NCBI GenBank assembly: GCA_001412335.1
Contig: LKUF01000414.1
Location: 1-33,849 of the forward strand
Direction: 5' to 3'
Source: Methanolinea sp. SDB
GTDB lineage: Archaea > Halobacteriota > Methanomicrobia > Methanomicrobiales > Methanospirillaceae
DNA: 33,849 bases
The notes below the pieces were generated by a model, which was not told the origin of the DNA, did not search any database, and saw only the letters and a program-made list of their open reading frames with translations. A program made the position numbers and the translations under genes. Shown one piece after another: positions 26,575 to 33,849 of the stretch (the stretch's first letter is position 1; every line of letters starts with the position of its first letter).

Positions 26575-27722
26575 AGAGTATCTGTGCGATCGAGGGGGTA
26601 TCCGCTGCCGGGATAAAAGAGGGAAAATACGGCCTCGCCCTGATTCGTGCAAGCGGCGAGACGGCAGGCGTCTTTACCAGGAATCTCATGAAAGCCCCGC
26701 CGATCAGGCTCATGGAGGAGCGGATACGGAAAGGGTGGATGGACGCGGTTATTGTGAACAGCGGCTGCGCAAACGCCTATACCGGGGGCCGTGGATACAA
26801 GGACGCCATCACCATGACTGGGTTTGCAGCAGACGCGCTCGAACTTCCCGAGGAGTCGGTAGGCGTTGCGAGCACGGGCGTGATTGGGCGCTATCTCGAC
26901 CTTGACCGGATACGTGACCAGTGCACCCGGATTGCCCCGTTCCTCGAACGGAGTGAAAGAGCCGAAGAGATGGTGGCAAGGGCGATCATGACAACGGATC
27001 TTTCGGAGAAACATTCACTTGTCGAGGGTGACGGGTTCCTTGTCGGTGGCATCACGAAGGGGAGCGGGATGATCGCTCCGAACATGGCCACGATGCTCGC
27101 ATTCATCTATACCGATGCCGATCTGCCACTGAAAGAGATTCGGGAATCGCTGAAACTTGCCACGGATAGGACGTTCAACAGGGTTGTTGTGGACGGGGAT
27201 ACCAGCACGAACGATTGTGCACTTCTCACCTCAACAGGGAGGGCTGGCAGGGTCGACCGCTCAGAGTTCCAGGAAGCGCTCGAGGAGTGCTGCAGGCAAC
27301 TTGCTGTGCAGATCGCATCAGACGGCGAAGGAGCATCAAAACTCCTGGAGATACGGGTGAAGGGTGCGCCGAGCGAAGACCAGGCCGCCAGGGTGGCCAG
27401 AACCATTGCAGAATCACCGCTTGTCAAGACTGCAGTGTATGGAGAAGATCCAAACTGGGGCCGGGTGATTGCGGCAGCCGGCAGGGCCGGCGTCGAATTC
27501 GATCCAGACAGTGTCAGCCTCTGCCTGGGCAATGGCCGGACCACGCTCGAACTTGTCCGGAGAGGGGAGATCGTCGTCGACCTCCCTGCTGCAAAGGCGG
27601 TCATGGCCGGCAAAATTGTGATATTCGAACTTGACCTTGACAACGGCGAAGGGTCCGCAACCGGGTGGGGGTGCGACCTGACAGAGAAGTACGTCGAGAT
27701 AAACGGGAGGTACACGACATGA
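26571..27722 (+). CDS. argJ: bifunctional ornithine acetyltransferase / N-acetylglutamate synthase
   Basis: Motifs [10 protein letters not shown] and [18 protein letters not shown] (the autoproteolytic ATML site), plus DGDTSTND. The GTG start overlaps the CBS gene stop (GTGA). Confidence 0.9.
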   Translation: MKSICAIEGVSAAGIKEGKYGLALIRASGETAGVFTRNLMKAPPIRLMEERIRKGWMDAVIVNSGCANAYTGGRGYKDAITMTGFAADALELPEESVGVASTGVIGRYLDLDRIRDQCTRIAPFLERSERAEEMVARAIMTTDLSEKHSLVEGDGFLVGGITKGSGMIAPNMATMLAFIYTDADLPLKEIRESLKLATDRTFNRVVVDGDTSTNDCALLTSTGRAGRVDRSEFQEALEECCRQLAVQIASDGEGASKLLEIRVKGAPSEDQAARVARTIAESPLVKTAVYGEDPNWGRVIAAAGRAGVEFDPDSVSLCLGNGRTTLELVRRGEIVVDLPAAKAVMAGKIVIFELDLDNGEGSATGWGCDLTEKYVEINGRYTT

Positions 27723-28588
27723 AGAGAGAAGAGGTCCTCACCGAGGCGCTGCCATACATCCAGCAGTTCCACGGGAGGACAATGGTCATCAAGCTCGGGG
27801 GCCATGCCATGGTGGATGCGGGGATCCTTGAAAGCGCCATACGTGATGCGGTCCTCCTCCAGATCGTCGGGATACGGGTTGTACTGGTCCATGGTGGTGG
27901 GCCCGAGATCACCGACAAGATGAAGGCGATGGGAAAGGAGCCAAAGTTCGTTGCCGGGCTTCGTATCACCGACGAAGAGACCCTCGAGATTGCCCAGATG
28001 GTCCTTGTGGGAAAGATCAACAGCAATATCGTATCGCTCATTGCAAAGAGCGGCGGAAAAGCGGTTGGAATCTCCGGAAACGACGGGAACCTGATCATAG
28101 CCCGGAGGATGACGCCCCAGAAGGTCCATATCGCAGGAAGGGAGGAAGAAGTCGATCTCGGGCACGTAGGAGAGATCGAGGAGGTCAATCCAGCAGTCCT
28201 TCACACGCTGCTCAACAACTGGTACATACCGGTGATCGCCCCCCTTGCAATCGACAGGTTGGGCCAGTCTCTTAATATCAATGCAGATACGGCAGCAGGC
28301 GAGATCGCCGTCTCTCTCGGGGCATTCAAGCTCATCAACATGACGGACGTGGATGGGATAATGGACCGGGAGAGGACACGCGTATTCCGGAGAGTGTCGT
28401 TATCAGATGCTGAAGCCCTTCTCGCCACAGGTGTGGTGAGTGAGGGGATGATCCCGAAAGTCTCGTCCATACTCAGGGCCGTTGAGGCGGGTGTGGAGTT
28501 TGGGCATGTCATCAACGGCAACAAGTCCCACAACCTTCTCCTGGAGATGTTTACCGATGAAGGTGTGGGCACCATGATCTACCGCTGA
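27719..28588 (+). CDS. argB: acetylglutamate kinase
   Basis: Motifs [31 protein letters not shown] and [12 protein letters not shown]. There is an ATGA overlap with argJ. I chose ATG 27719 over the track start 27665. Confidence 0.9.
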   Translation: MKREEVLTEALPYIQQFHGRTMVIKLGGHAMVDAGILESAIRDAVLLQIVGIRVVLVHGGGPEITDKMKAMGKEPKFVAGLRITDEETLEIAQMVLVGKINSNIVSLIAKSGGKAVGISGNDGNLIIARRMTPQKVHIAGREEEVDLGHVGEIEEVNPAVLHTLLNNWYIPVIAPLAIDRLGQSLNINADTAAGEIAVSLGAFKLINMTDVDGIMDRERTRVFRRVSLSDAEALLATGVVSEGMIPKVSSILRAVEAGVEFGHVINGNKSHNLLLEMFTDEGVGTMIYR

Positions 28589-28591
28589 AAT

Positions 28592-28614
28592 GATACCTTT
28601 TGGTATCTTTTTTT
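28592..28614 (+). terminator. arg operon terminator (hairpin plus T7)
   Basis: GATACC (28592-28597), loop tttt, GGTATC (28602-28607), then TTTTTTT (28608-28614). It begins 4 nt after the argB stop. Confidence 0.55.
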
Positions 28615-28672
28615 ATCTCAAAGAACGAAATACTGGTATAAAACCAGAAATATTACTTTTCAGGGTCTTTGC

Positions 28673-29818
28673 ATGAAAAAACTGGTGGTTCTGGCACTAT
28701 TTCTGTTGCTTACCTGCATCCATATTCCCGTTATGGCACAAAGCCCCTCCCCCGCCGCACAGGGAACCGGGTACCAGGAGGTCGATTCGTACCGGGTTGA
28801 GAGGATGGTGGACGGGAAGCAGGTGGTACATCTCTTCTACAACCAGAACTGCGGCGATTGCTTAAAGACAATCCCATATCTCCAGGAATTTGAAAAAACG
28901 CATCCTGATGTCATATTCAGGTATTATGACATCAGGGAAGACAACTCGTACCGGCAACTGCTCGCCGTCTTCTCGCAGGAGTATGGAATCGATTTCTCCC
29001 CTGTCCCGGTGCTCTTTACCGGAGATGTTGTCCTGACCGGTTATCGTGAGATTTCAGGTGGACTGGAGGATGCACTCTATTCCCCAGATGTGGTTACTGC
29101 GGGGACGACATCGCCCGTAGCCGAACCATTACAAATCAACAGGGGTCGCGGCCTGACGATTCCTCTCGTCATTTCAGCGGCCCTGGTAGATGGGATAAAC
29201 CCCTGTGCATTCTCTGTCCTTATCTTTCTCCTCATCACCATAATGGCGCTTGATACACGCAGAAAAATGGTATACATCGGATCCCTGTTCATACTTGCAG
29301 TATTCACCTTTTACTTCCTATCAGGTCTCGGCCTCTTCACCGTCATCCAGTCTGCCGGGATTTCACGGGGGATGTCCCTTATTGCCGCGATAATCGCCCT
29401 GCTATTCGGAGCTGTATCCATCATCGACGGGGTTAGGGGAAAGCCGAGCCAGTTATTGTCCATACCCGAATCGAAAAAAGCGATCATCGACCGCTACGTA
29501 AAAAAGATCTCTCTTCCCGGGGCGCTGGTCCTCGGGGTTCTCGTGGGGATGTTCGAACTTCCCTGCACAGGAGGGATTTACCTGGCAATTGTCTCCCTGC
29601 TCTCAAACCGCATGAGCATTGTAGATGGAATTCCGTATCTCCTCGTATACAACCTCTTTTTTGTCCTCCCCATGATAGTCATCCTGGCTGTCGTGGCCTT
29701 TGGAATCCCTGTCGAGCGCCTGGACCAGCTCCGGACCGAGAAGAGGGCCGTTATCCGCATACTCATGGGTCTCGTGATGATCCTTCTTGGAATCATGCTT
29801 CTTCTCGAGTTTATCTGA
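28673..29818 (+). CDS. secreted thioredoxin/glutaredoxin-like domain fused to a DsbD/CcdA-type thiol-disulfide transporter membrane domain
   Basis: Signal peptide MKKLVVLALFLLLTCIHIPVMAQ and a CxxC motif (NQNCGDCLKTIPYL). The membrane domain has the two conserved TM cysteines (DGINPCAFSVLIFLL and FELPCTGGIYLA). Confidence 0.7.
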   Translation: MKKLVVLALFLLLTCIHIPVMAQSPSPAAQGTGYQEVDSYRVERMVDGKQVVHLFYNQNCGDCLKTIPYLQEFEKTHPDVIFRYYDIREDNSYRQLLAVFSQEYGIDFSPVPVLFTGDVVLTGYREISGGLEDALYSPDVVTAGTTSPVAEPLQINRGRGLTIPLVISAALVDGINPCAFSVLIFLLITIMALDTRRKMVYIGSLFILAVFTFYFLSGLGLFTVIQSAGISRGMSLIAAIIALLFGAVSIIDGVRGKPSQLLSIPESKKAIIDRYVKKISLPGALVLGVLVGMFELPCTGGIYLAIVSLLSNRMSIVDGIPYLLVYNLFFVLPMIVILAVVAFGIPVERLDQLRTEKRAVIRILMGLVMILLGIMLLLEFI

Positions 29819-29828
29819 ACCAAAAACT

Positions 29829-30113
29829 TCAGGGGAGGTTACCGTCACCGGAGCATTCCCTCTGGCGCTCCTCGCTCATCTCGATGAGGATCTCGAAGAT
29901 CTTCTGGACGTGAACCGGATTGATATTCTTCTCAACAGCTGATTCGAATGCCGTTTCAAGTACTGCCTCTGACCTCGCTTTGTCGTGGATGGGGAGGCCC
30001 TCGTTCATCTTGACCTGTGCTATCCGGCCGGCCAGCCGCTGTCGCCTGGTGATGAGTTCGATGATCTCCTCATCGATGCGGCTGATCTCAGCTCTGAGTG
30101 GCTCTATTGGCAT
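29829..30113 (-). CDS. chorismate mutase, AroQ class
   Basis: 94 aa from ATG 30113. LRAEISRIDEEIIELITRRQRLAGRIAQVK is the AroQ helix-1 signature. The track ORF extends to 30296 through non-homologous sequence. Confidence 0.8.
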   Translation of the reverse strand: MPIEPLRAEISRIDEEIIELITRRQRLAGRIAQVKMNEGLPIHDKARSEAVLETAFESAVEKNINPVHVQKIFEILIEMSEERQRECSGDGNLP

Positions 30114-30226
30114 ATGATATACTAACAGTGCAATGGGAGATTTAAACCTGATGGAATTCCTGCGGGGGGCAACATCAAAGATGATATGGGGTATGAATAC
30201 CAAAAATAAGGGAAGAAGTGATCTGT

Positions 30227-30847
30227 ATGCTGGAGAGAATATCTGTTCGGGAACGGCGTGACCTGCTGGTTGCATGGGTAGCAATCTCCATCGCATTTTC
30301 CCTTATTTATATCAGGTACGGTGCGACTCCCACGTTATTCCTCCTCTTTCTCGGAATATCGCTGGTCACCGTAGGTGTCGGTTTCATCCTGCACGAGCTT
30401 GCCCACAAGTTCACCGCAATGAGATACGGATTCTGGGCGGAGTTTCGAAAGAATAACCTCATGCTCGTGGTGGCAGTCGCGCTTGCCGCGCTGGCAGGCG
30501 TTGTATTTGCGGCTCCCGGTGCGACCATGATATATGCGCCGTCCCTTACACGGGAACAGAACGGGAAGATCTCTGCCGCAGGCCCCGTTACAAACCTGCT
30601 GCTCTGTATCCCTTTCGCGCTCATCCTCTTCCTCGGGTCGGCGGTCGACATCAGGCTCATGGGACTGAATGTCATCTCAACGCTCGGGATGATCGGACTG
30701 CAGGTGAATGCGATGATCGCGGCGTTCAACATGCTCCCTGTCAGCGTCCTTGACGGAAAGAAGGTACTTGCCTGGAACCCGGTCGTCTTTATCGTGCTGA
30801 TTGGAGCATCGTTTGGGATACTGCTGGCAACTTTTTATCTCATTTGA
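30227..30847 (+). CDS. site-2 protease family (peptidase M50) membrane metalloprotease
   Basis: HELAHKF (HExxH within a TM segment) and FNMLPVSVLDG (the NxxPxxxxDG motif). The start is ATG 30227; GTG 30218 is also possible. Confidence 0.8.
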   Translation: MLERISVRERRDLLVAWVAISIAFSLIYIRYGATPTLFLLFLGISLVTVGVGFILHELAHKFTAMRYGFWAEFRKNNLMLVVAVALAALAGVVFAAPGATMIYAPSLTREQNGKISAAGPVTNLLLCIPFALILFLGSAVDIRLMGLNVISTLGMIGLQVNAMIAAFNMLPVSVLDGKKVLAWNPVVFIVLIGASFGILLATFYLI

Positions 30848-30907
30848 TGAAATGGGCAGCAGGTATAGCACATCTCTTTTCTCCAAAAGTTACGAAAGCT
30901 TAATAAT

Positions 30908-30943
30908 AAACAAATAAAATTGTTTATAGACAAATAAATTTGT
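30908..30943. promoter_or_regulatory. two AT-rich palindromic elements overlapping the cbiM promoter
   Basis: The first is AAACAA-ataaaa-TTGTTT (30908-25). The second is ACAAAT-aa-ATTTGT (30930-43). They share the core ACAAATAAA(A)TT(T)GT, flank TTTATAGA, and end 13 bp before the cbiM ATG. Confidence 0.35.
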
Positions 30944-30955
30944 TCAGGTGATCTC

Positions 30956-31651
30956 ATGCACATAATGGAAGGATTTCTTCCCAGCCCCTGGTGGCAGATA
31001 TGGTTCATCGTCGCCATTCCGTTCCTGGTTCTGGGTTTATACCAGTTAAAAAAGCTCTTCGCCGAGAAGAGAGAGACGATCCCGCTGCTTGCCGTGGCCG
31101 GGGCGTTCGTGTTTGTATTGTCCTCGCTGAAGCTTCCGTCAGTGACCGGGAGCTGTTCCCATCCGACAGGGACAGGATTGTCGGCGATATTGTTCGGACC
31201 CTTCATCACATCGATCCTCGCCCTGATCGTCCTCATCTACCAGGCCATCTTCCTTGCTCATGGCGGCCTGACAACGCTTGGGGCCAATGTCTTTTCCATG
31301 GGAATCGCGGGCCCGGTCGTGGCCTATGCCTTATACATGGCCGGAAAGAAGGCGTCCCTGAATACCTTCGTAAATGTCTTCATCGCGGCTACGGTTGCTG
31401 ACCTCTTCACCTATGTCGTCACCGCAGGCCAGCTGGCCCTTGCATTCCCAGCCGCAGAGGGAGGGGTCATGGCATCATTCACCGCATTCCTCGCTATATT
31501 CGCCATCACCCAGGTTCCGCTCGCAATAATCGAGGGAGTCATCATCGCGCTGGTCTTCAAGTATATCATCGATGTCCGGCCCGATATCCTTGTGAAGCTG
31601 AACGTGCTCACCCAGAATACCGTGAACCGGATCAGGGAGGCTGCAGCATGA
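30956..31651 (+). CDS. cbiM: cobalt ECF transporter substrate-capture component CbiM
   Basis: It has the [10 protein letters not shown]-terminus (metal-ligating Met-His), the HPTGTGL motif, and 7 TM segments. Confidence 0.9.
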   Translation: MHIMEGFLPSPWWQIWFIVAIPFLVLGLYQLKKLFAEKRETIPLLAVAGAFVFVLSSLKLPSVTGSCSHPTGTGLSAILFGPFITSILALIVLIYQAIFLAHGGLTTLGANVFSMGIAGPVVAYALYMAGKKASLNTFVNVFIAATVADLFTYVVTAGQLALAFPAAEGGVMASFTAFLAIFAITQVPLAIIEGVIIALVFKYIIDVRPDILVKLNVLTQNTVNRIREAAA

Positions 31652-31947
31652 AATACAAGGCAGAGATTATCGCAGGCATTGTCATCCTGGCTTTCGCAAT
31701 CATTTTTCTCGTCACCAATGCCTCGATCCAGCAGAACCTTGCCGAAGGCGAGGAGGCATGGGGAGGAGCCGATGGACAGGCTGCCGACATCATAGAATCG
31801 GGAGGGTATGAACCCTGGTTCTCTCCCGTGTGGGAACCTCCGAGCGGGGAGATCGAGAGCCTCTTCTTCTCTCTCCAGGCAGCCATCGGTGCCCTGATCA
31901 TAGGCTATTTCTTCGGCTATTACCGCTCCAGGCAGGCAGCCACTTAA
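31648..31947 (+). CDS. cbiN: cobalt ECF transporter component CbiN
   Basis: 99 aa with two TM segments flanking a loop ([13 protein letters not shown]...[21 protein letters not shown]). There is an ATGA overlap with cbiM. Confidence 0.85.
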   Translation: MKYKAEIIAGIVILAFAIIFLVTNASIQQNLAEGEEAWGGADGQAADIIESGGYEPWFSPVWEPPSGEIESLFFSLQAAIGALIIGYFFGYYRSRQAAT

Positions 31948-31957
31948 TTCTCTTTTT

Positions 31958-32746
31958 ATGATTGACGAGCATCTCCTAGACGATCTCGCCCTGCAAAACG
32001 GGCTTTTGGAGGTAGATGCACGGCTGAAACTTGCTGTCGGTATTGGCGCCATTCTCATCGGGGTGTTTTCGCCATCCCCAATAGCGCCACTGGCGATTGC
32101 CGCGAGCATGGCAGTACTGACGATCGGTTTTGCCAGGATACCCGCAAGAATCTATGCAGCGCTCCTGGCGATCCCCGTATCCTTCGTTTTCATGAGTATC
32201 ATCGTCATCCTTTTCATGACCGGAGGAGGTGAGCCGCTGTGGGATATACCCATACTGGGCCACACGTTTTCACTGACGACAGATTCCGCAAATCTCGCGG
32301 TACTCCTGCTGTCCAGGACACTCGGGGGAATGTGTTCACTCTTCTTCATCGCGCTAACGACTCCGATGGTGGACATATTCTCTGTCATGAACAGGTTACG
32401 GCTTCCCGATGAGTTCATCGACCTCTCCATGCTCATCTATCGAAACATCTTCGTCCTGATCGGCGAATCGATTGCAATCCACAATGCCCAGGTGATGCGA
32501 AACGGGTATTCGACGTTCAGGAGATCTATCGATGCATTCGCAATGCTTGCAGGGATGCTCTTTGTCAGGGCCTGGGAGAAGGGCGAGGAGATGCTGGTGG
32601 CAATGGATGCCCGGTGCTATGACGGGAAGTTCCAGATGATCGAGGAGGAGAGACGGATCTCTGCCACCGGTATCGCAACCGCCACGGGATACCTGTGTGC
32701 ATGCGCCGGACTGGCAGTAATATTTCGGAGTTTTAGCCTTTTTTGA
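31958..32746 (+). CDS. cbiQ: ECF transporter transmembrane (T) component CbiQ
   Basis: 262 aa. It has the CbiQ layout and the coupling-helix region ARCYDGK (the Ala-Arg-Gly-type motif), and sits between cbiN and the ATPase gene. Confidence 0.85.
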   Translation: MIDEHLLDDLALQNGLLEVDARLKLAVGIGAILIGVFSPSPIAPLAIAASMAVLTIGFARIPARIYAALLAIPVSFVFMSIIVILFMTGGGEPLWDIPILGHTFSLTTDSANLAVLLLSRTLGGMCSLFFIALTTPMVDIFSVMNRLRLPDEFIDLSMLIYRNIFVLIGESIAIHNAQVMRNGYSTFRRSIDAFAMLAGMLFVRAWEKGEEMLVAMDARCYDGKFQMIEEERRISATGIATATGYLCACAGLAVIFRSFSLF

Positions 32747-32758
32747 GGGTTTTCACAG

Positions 32759-33849
32759 ATGAATAATGCAATAGATCTCGAAGATGTCGTCTTTTCATAT
32801 CCCCAGGGCACTCCCTCGCTCCGGGGGATCAGCTTCTCGATTGAACGGGGAAGGAAGGTTGCACTGGTCGGCCCGAACGGTGCAGGAAAGACCACACTGC
32901 TGTTGATGTGCAACGGAATCTTAAAACCGGATTCCGGGAGGGTACTGGTGAATGGAGAGGCCCTGTCATACACGAAACAGGGGCTTTTGGATGTCAGGAG
33001 AAGAGTCGGCTTCGTCTTCCAGAACTCTGACAACCAGATCTTTGCCCCGACAGTCTTTGCGGATGTAGCATTTGGCCCGCTCAACCTCGGCATGTTGAAA
33101 GAAGAGATACGTGCAGTGGTTGACGGAGCCCTCTTCTCTGTCGGCATGAAAGGATACGAGAGAAGGCCTCCACACCACCTGAGCGGCGGTGAGAAGAAGA
33201 GGGTGGCCATTGCGGGGGTCCTTGCCATGGAGCCCGACATACTCATATTTGACGAGCCGACAAGCTCCCTTGACCCGGCAAGCGCCGCAGAGATCGTGGA
33301 TCTGTTGGACGAGCTCAATGCGATGGAAAAGACCATCATCATCTCAACACATGACGTGATGCTCGCATTTGAATGGGCGGACGAAGTACTGCTCATGTCA
33401 GACGGGCGCATTCTTCATCATGGACCTCCAAAGGAAGTCTTCACCGACCAGGATCTCATCAGACAGTCGAGACTGACTGTACCGCCCGTCCTGGAGATCT
33501 TTTGCGAGCTGAAGGCACGGAGGATTCTTTCGGGAAATCCTCCGTCCGGGGTTCTCGAGCTTACGCACGGTATTCAGCAGGCCGCAGGCATGCCCGGAAA
33601 TACCCGTCCGGGAACGATATTTGTTGCGGATGCGGAACAGGTCAGCGGAGCGGAGATCGGGGATTGGATCTCCGTTCATCCCGGAACACGGGTAGGGGCA
33701 ATGGGAACCTCTGCCAAGCGCCTGGCAGAAGAAGAGAATATTCCACTCGATTTTACCTACGGTGTCATCGACAAGTGCCTCCTGAAGGTGGTCCTTGGGC
33801 AGGATACCCTGATCATATCCTCGGGAGGGATGATCAGGCGTGTATATGA
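32759..33849 (+). CDS. cbiO: ECF/cobalt transporter ATPase CbiO with a C-terminal extension (3' partial, runs off the window)
   Basis: This gene is not in the supplied ORF track because it has no stop in the window. From ATG 32759 it carries Walker A GPNGAGKTT, Q-loop FQNSDNQ, signature LSGGEKKR, Walker B ILIFDEPTSSLD and H-loop STHD. It is still open after 363 codons. Confidence 0.85.
   Translation, partial: MNNAIDLEDVVFSYPQGTPSLRGISFSIERGRKVALVGPNGAGKTTLLLMCNGILKPDSGRVLVNGEALSYTKQGLLDVRRRVGFVFQNSDNQIFAPTVFADVAFGPLNLGMLKEEIRAVVDGALFSVGMKGYERRPPHHLSGGEKKRVAIAGVLAMEPDILIFDEPTSSLDPASAAEIVDLLDELNAMEKTIIISTHDVMLAFEWADEVLLMSDGRILHHGPPKEVFTDQDLIRQSRLTVPPVLEIFCELKARRILSGNPPSGVLELTHGIQQAAGMPGNTRPGTIFVADAEQVSGAEIGDWISVHPGTRVGAMGTSAKRLAEEENIPLDFTYGVIDKCLLKVVLGQDTLIISSGGMIRRVY

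Noticed and set aside
27107-28204. 365-aa ORF on the - strand, plus the 281-aa ORF at 26169-27014
   Set aside because: They are antisense shadows of argJ/argB and CBS/argJ. They carry no recognisable motifs, while the sense-strand genes are well supported.
30848-30955. Cobalamin riboswitch upstream of cbiM
   Set aside because: The region is only ~108 bp and very AT-rich. It lacks a B12-box-like GC-rich core, and the promoter elements sit within 30 bp of the start codon, leaving no room for an aptamer.
32617-33411. 264-aa ORF on the - strand, and the 158-aa ORF at 33373-33849 on the + strand
   Set aside because: Both overlap the cbiO reading frame, which starts at 32759 and has a complete ABC ATPase motif set. 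They are frame or strand shadows. cbiO is absent from the track only because it lacks a stop in the window.
1-33849. CRISPR arrays, rRNA/tRNA genes, transposases/integrases, prophage or defence-island genes
   Set aside because: By eye I found no regularly spaced direct repeats, no tRNA-like cloverleaf candidates in the intergenic gaps, and no ORF with transposase, integrase, nuclease-helicase or other defence-type motifs. A computational scan (tRNAscan-SE, Infernal, CRISPR finders, DefenseFinder/PADLOC) would be needed to exclude them formally.

Overview
This 33.8 kb window (by eye roughly mid-50s % GC) looks like a chromosomal segment of a methanogen-like euryarchaeon. The archaeal call rests on gene content (TrpB2, family-6 hypoxanthine-DNA glycosylase, creatininase/ArfB-like protein, CbiMNQO, AMP-forming Acs) and on AT-rich TATA-type promoters about 25-40 bp upstream of starts. 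It is mostly core metabolism. There is a complete, translationally coupled trpEGDCFBA operon, preceded by a second TrpB paralog (TrpB2), an AcoX-like ATP-NAD-kinase-family gene and a SAM methyltransferase. An argC-(CBS)-argJ-argB operon, an acs-MFS transporter pair, an AroQ chorismate mutase and cbiMNQO are also present. cbiO runs off the 3' end and is missing from the supplied ORF track. The stretch 15.3-21.4 kb is more accessory in character: VOC, stand-alone SagB dehydrogenase, gate-domain membrane protein, a 5'-truncated aminotransferase pseudogene, XRE regulator, YhfC/CPBP-like protease, HDG, creatininase and a TMEM175-like channel. I found no CRISPR arrays, rRNA/tRNA genes or mobile elements. 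The best candidate for an undescribed system is at 3196-5274: a 585-aa protein joining an MBL-fold hydrolase domain to a helical segment and a degenerate SpoIIAB/RsbW-like GHKL domain, followed 6 nt later by a canonical STAS antagonist. This could be a partner-switching module in an organism without sigma factors. Second-look items are two start-codon anomalies in the trp operon (trpF, trpE), shared GTACAT/ATGTAC elements at the trpB2 and trpE promoters, perfect palindromes around TATA boxes, and a CbiO C-terminal extension. All functional calls come from by-eye motif recognition, not database searches.
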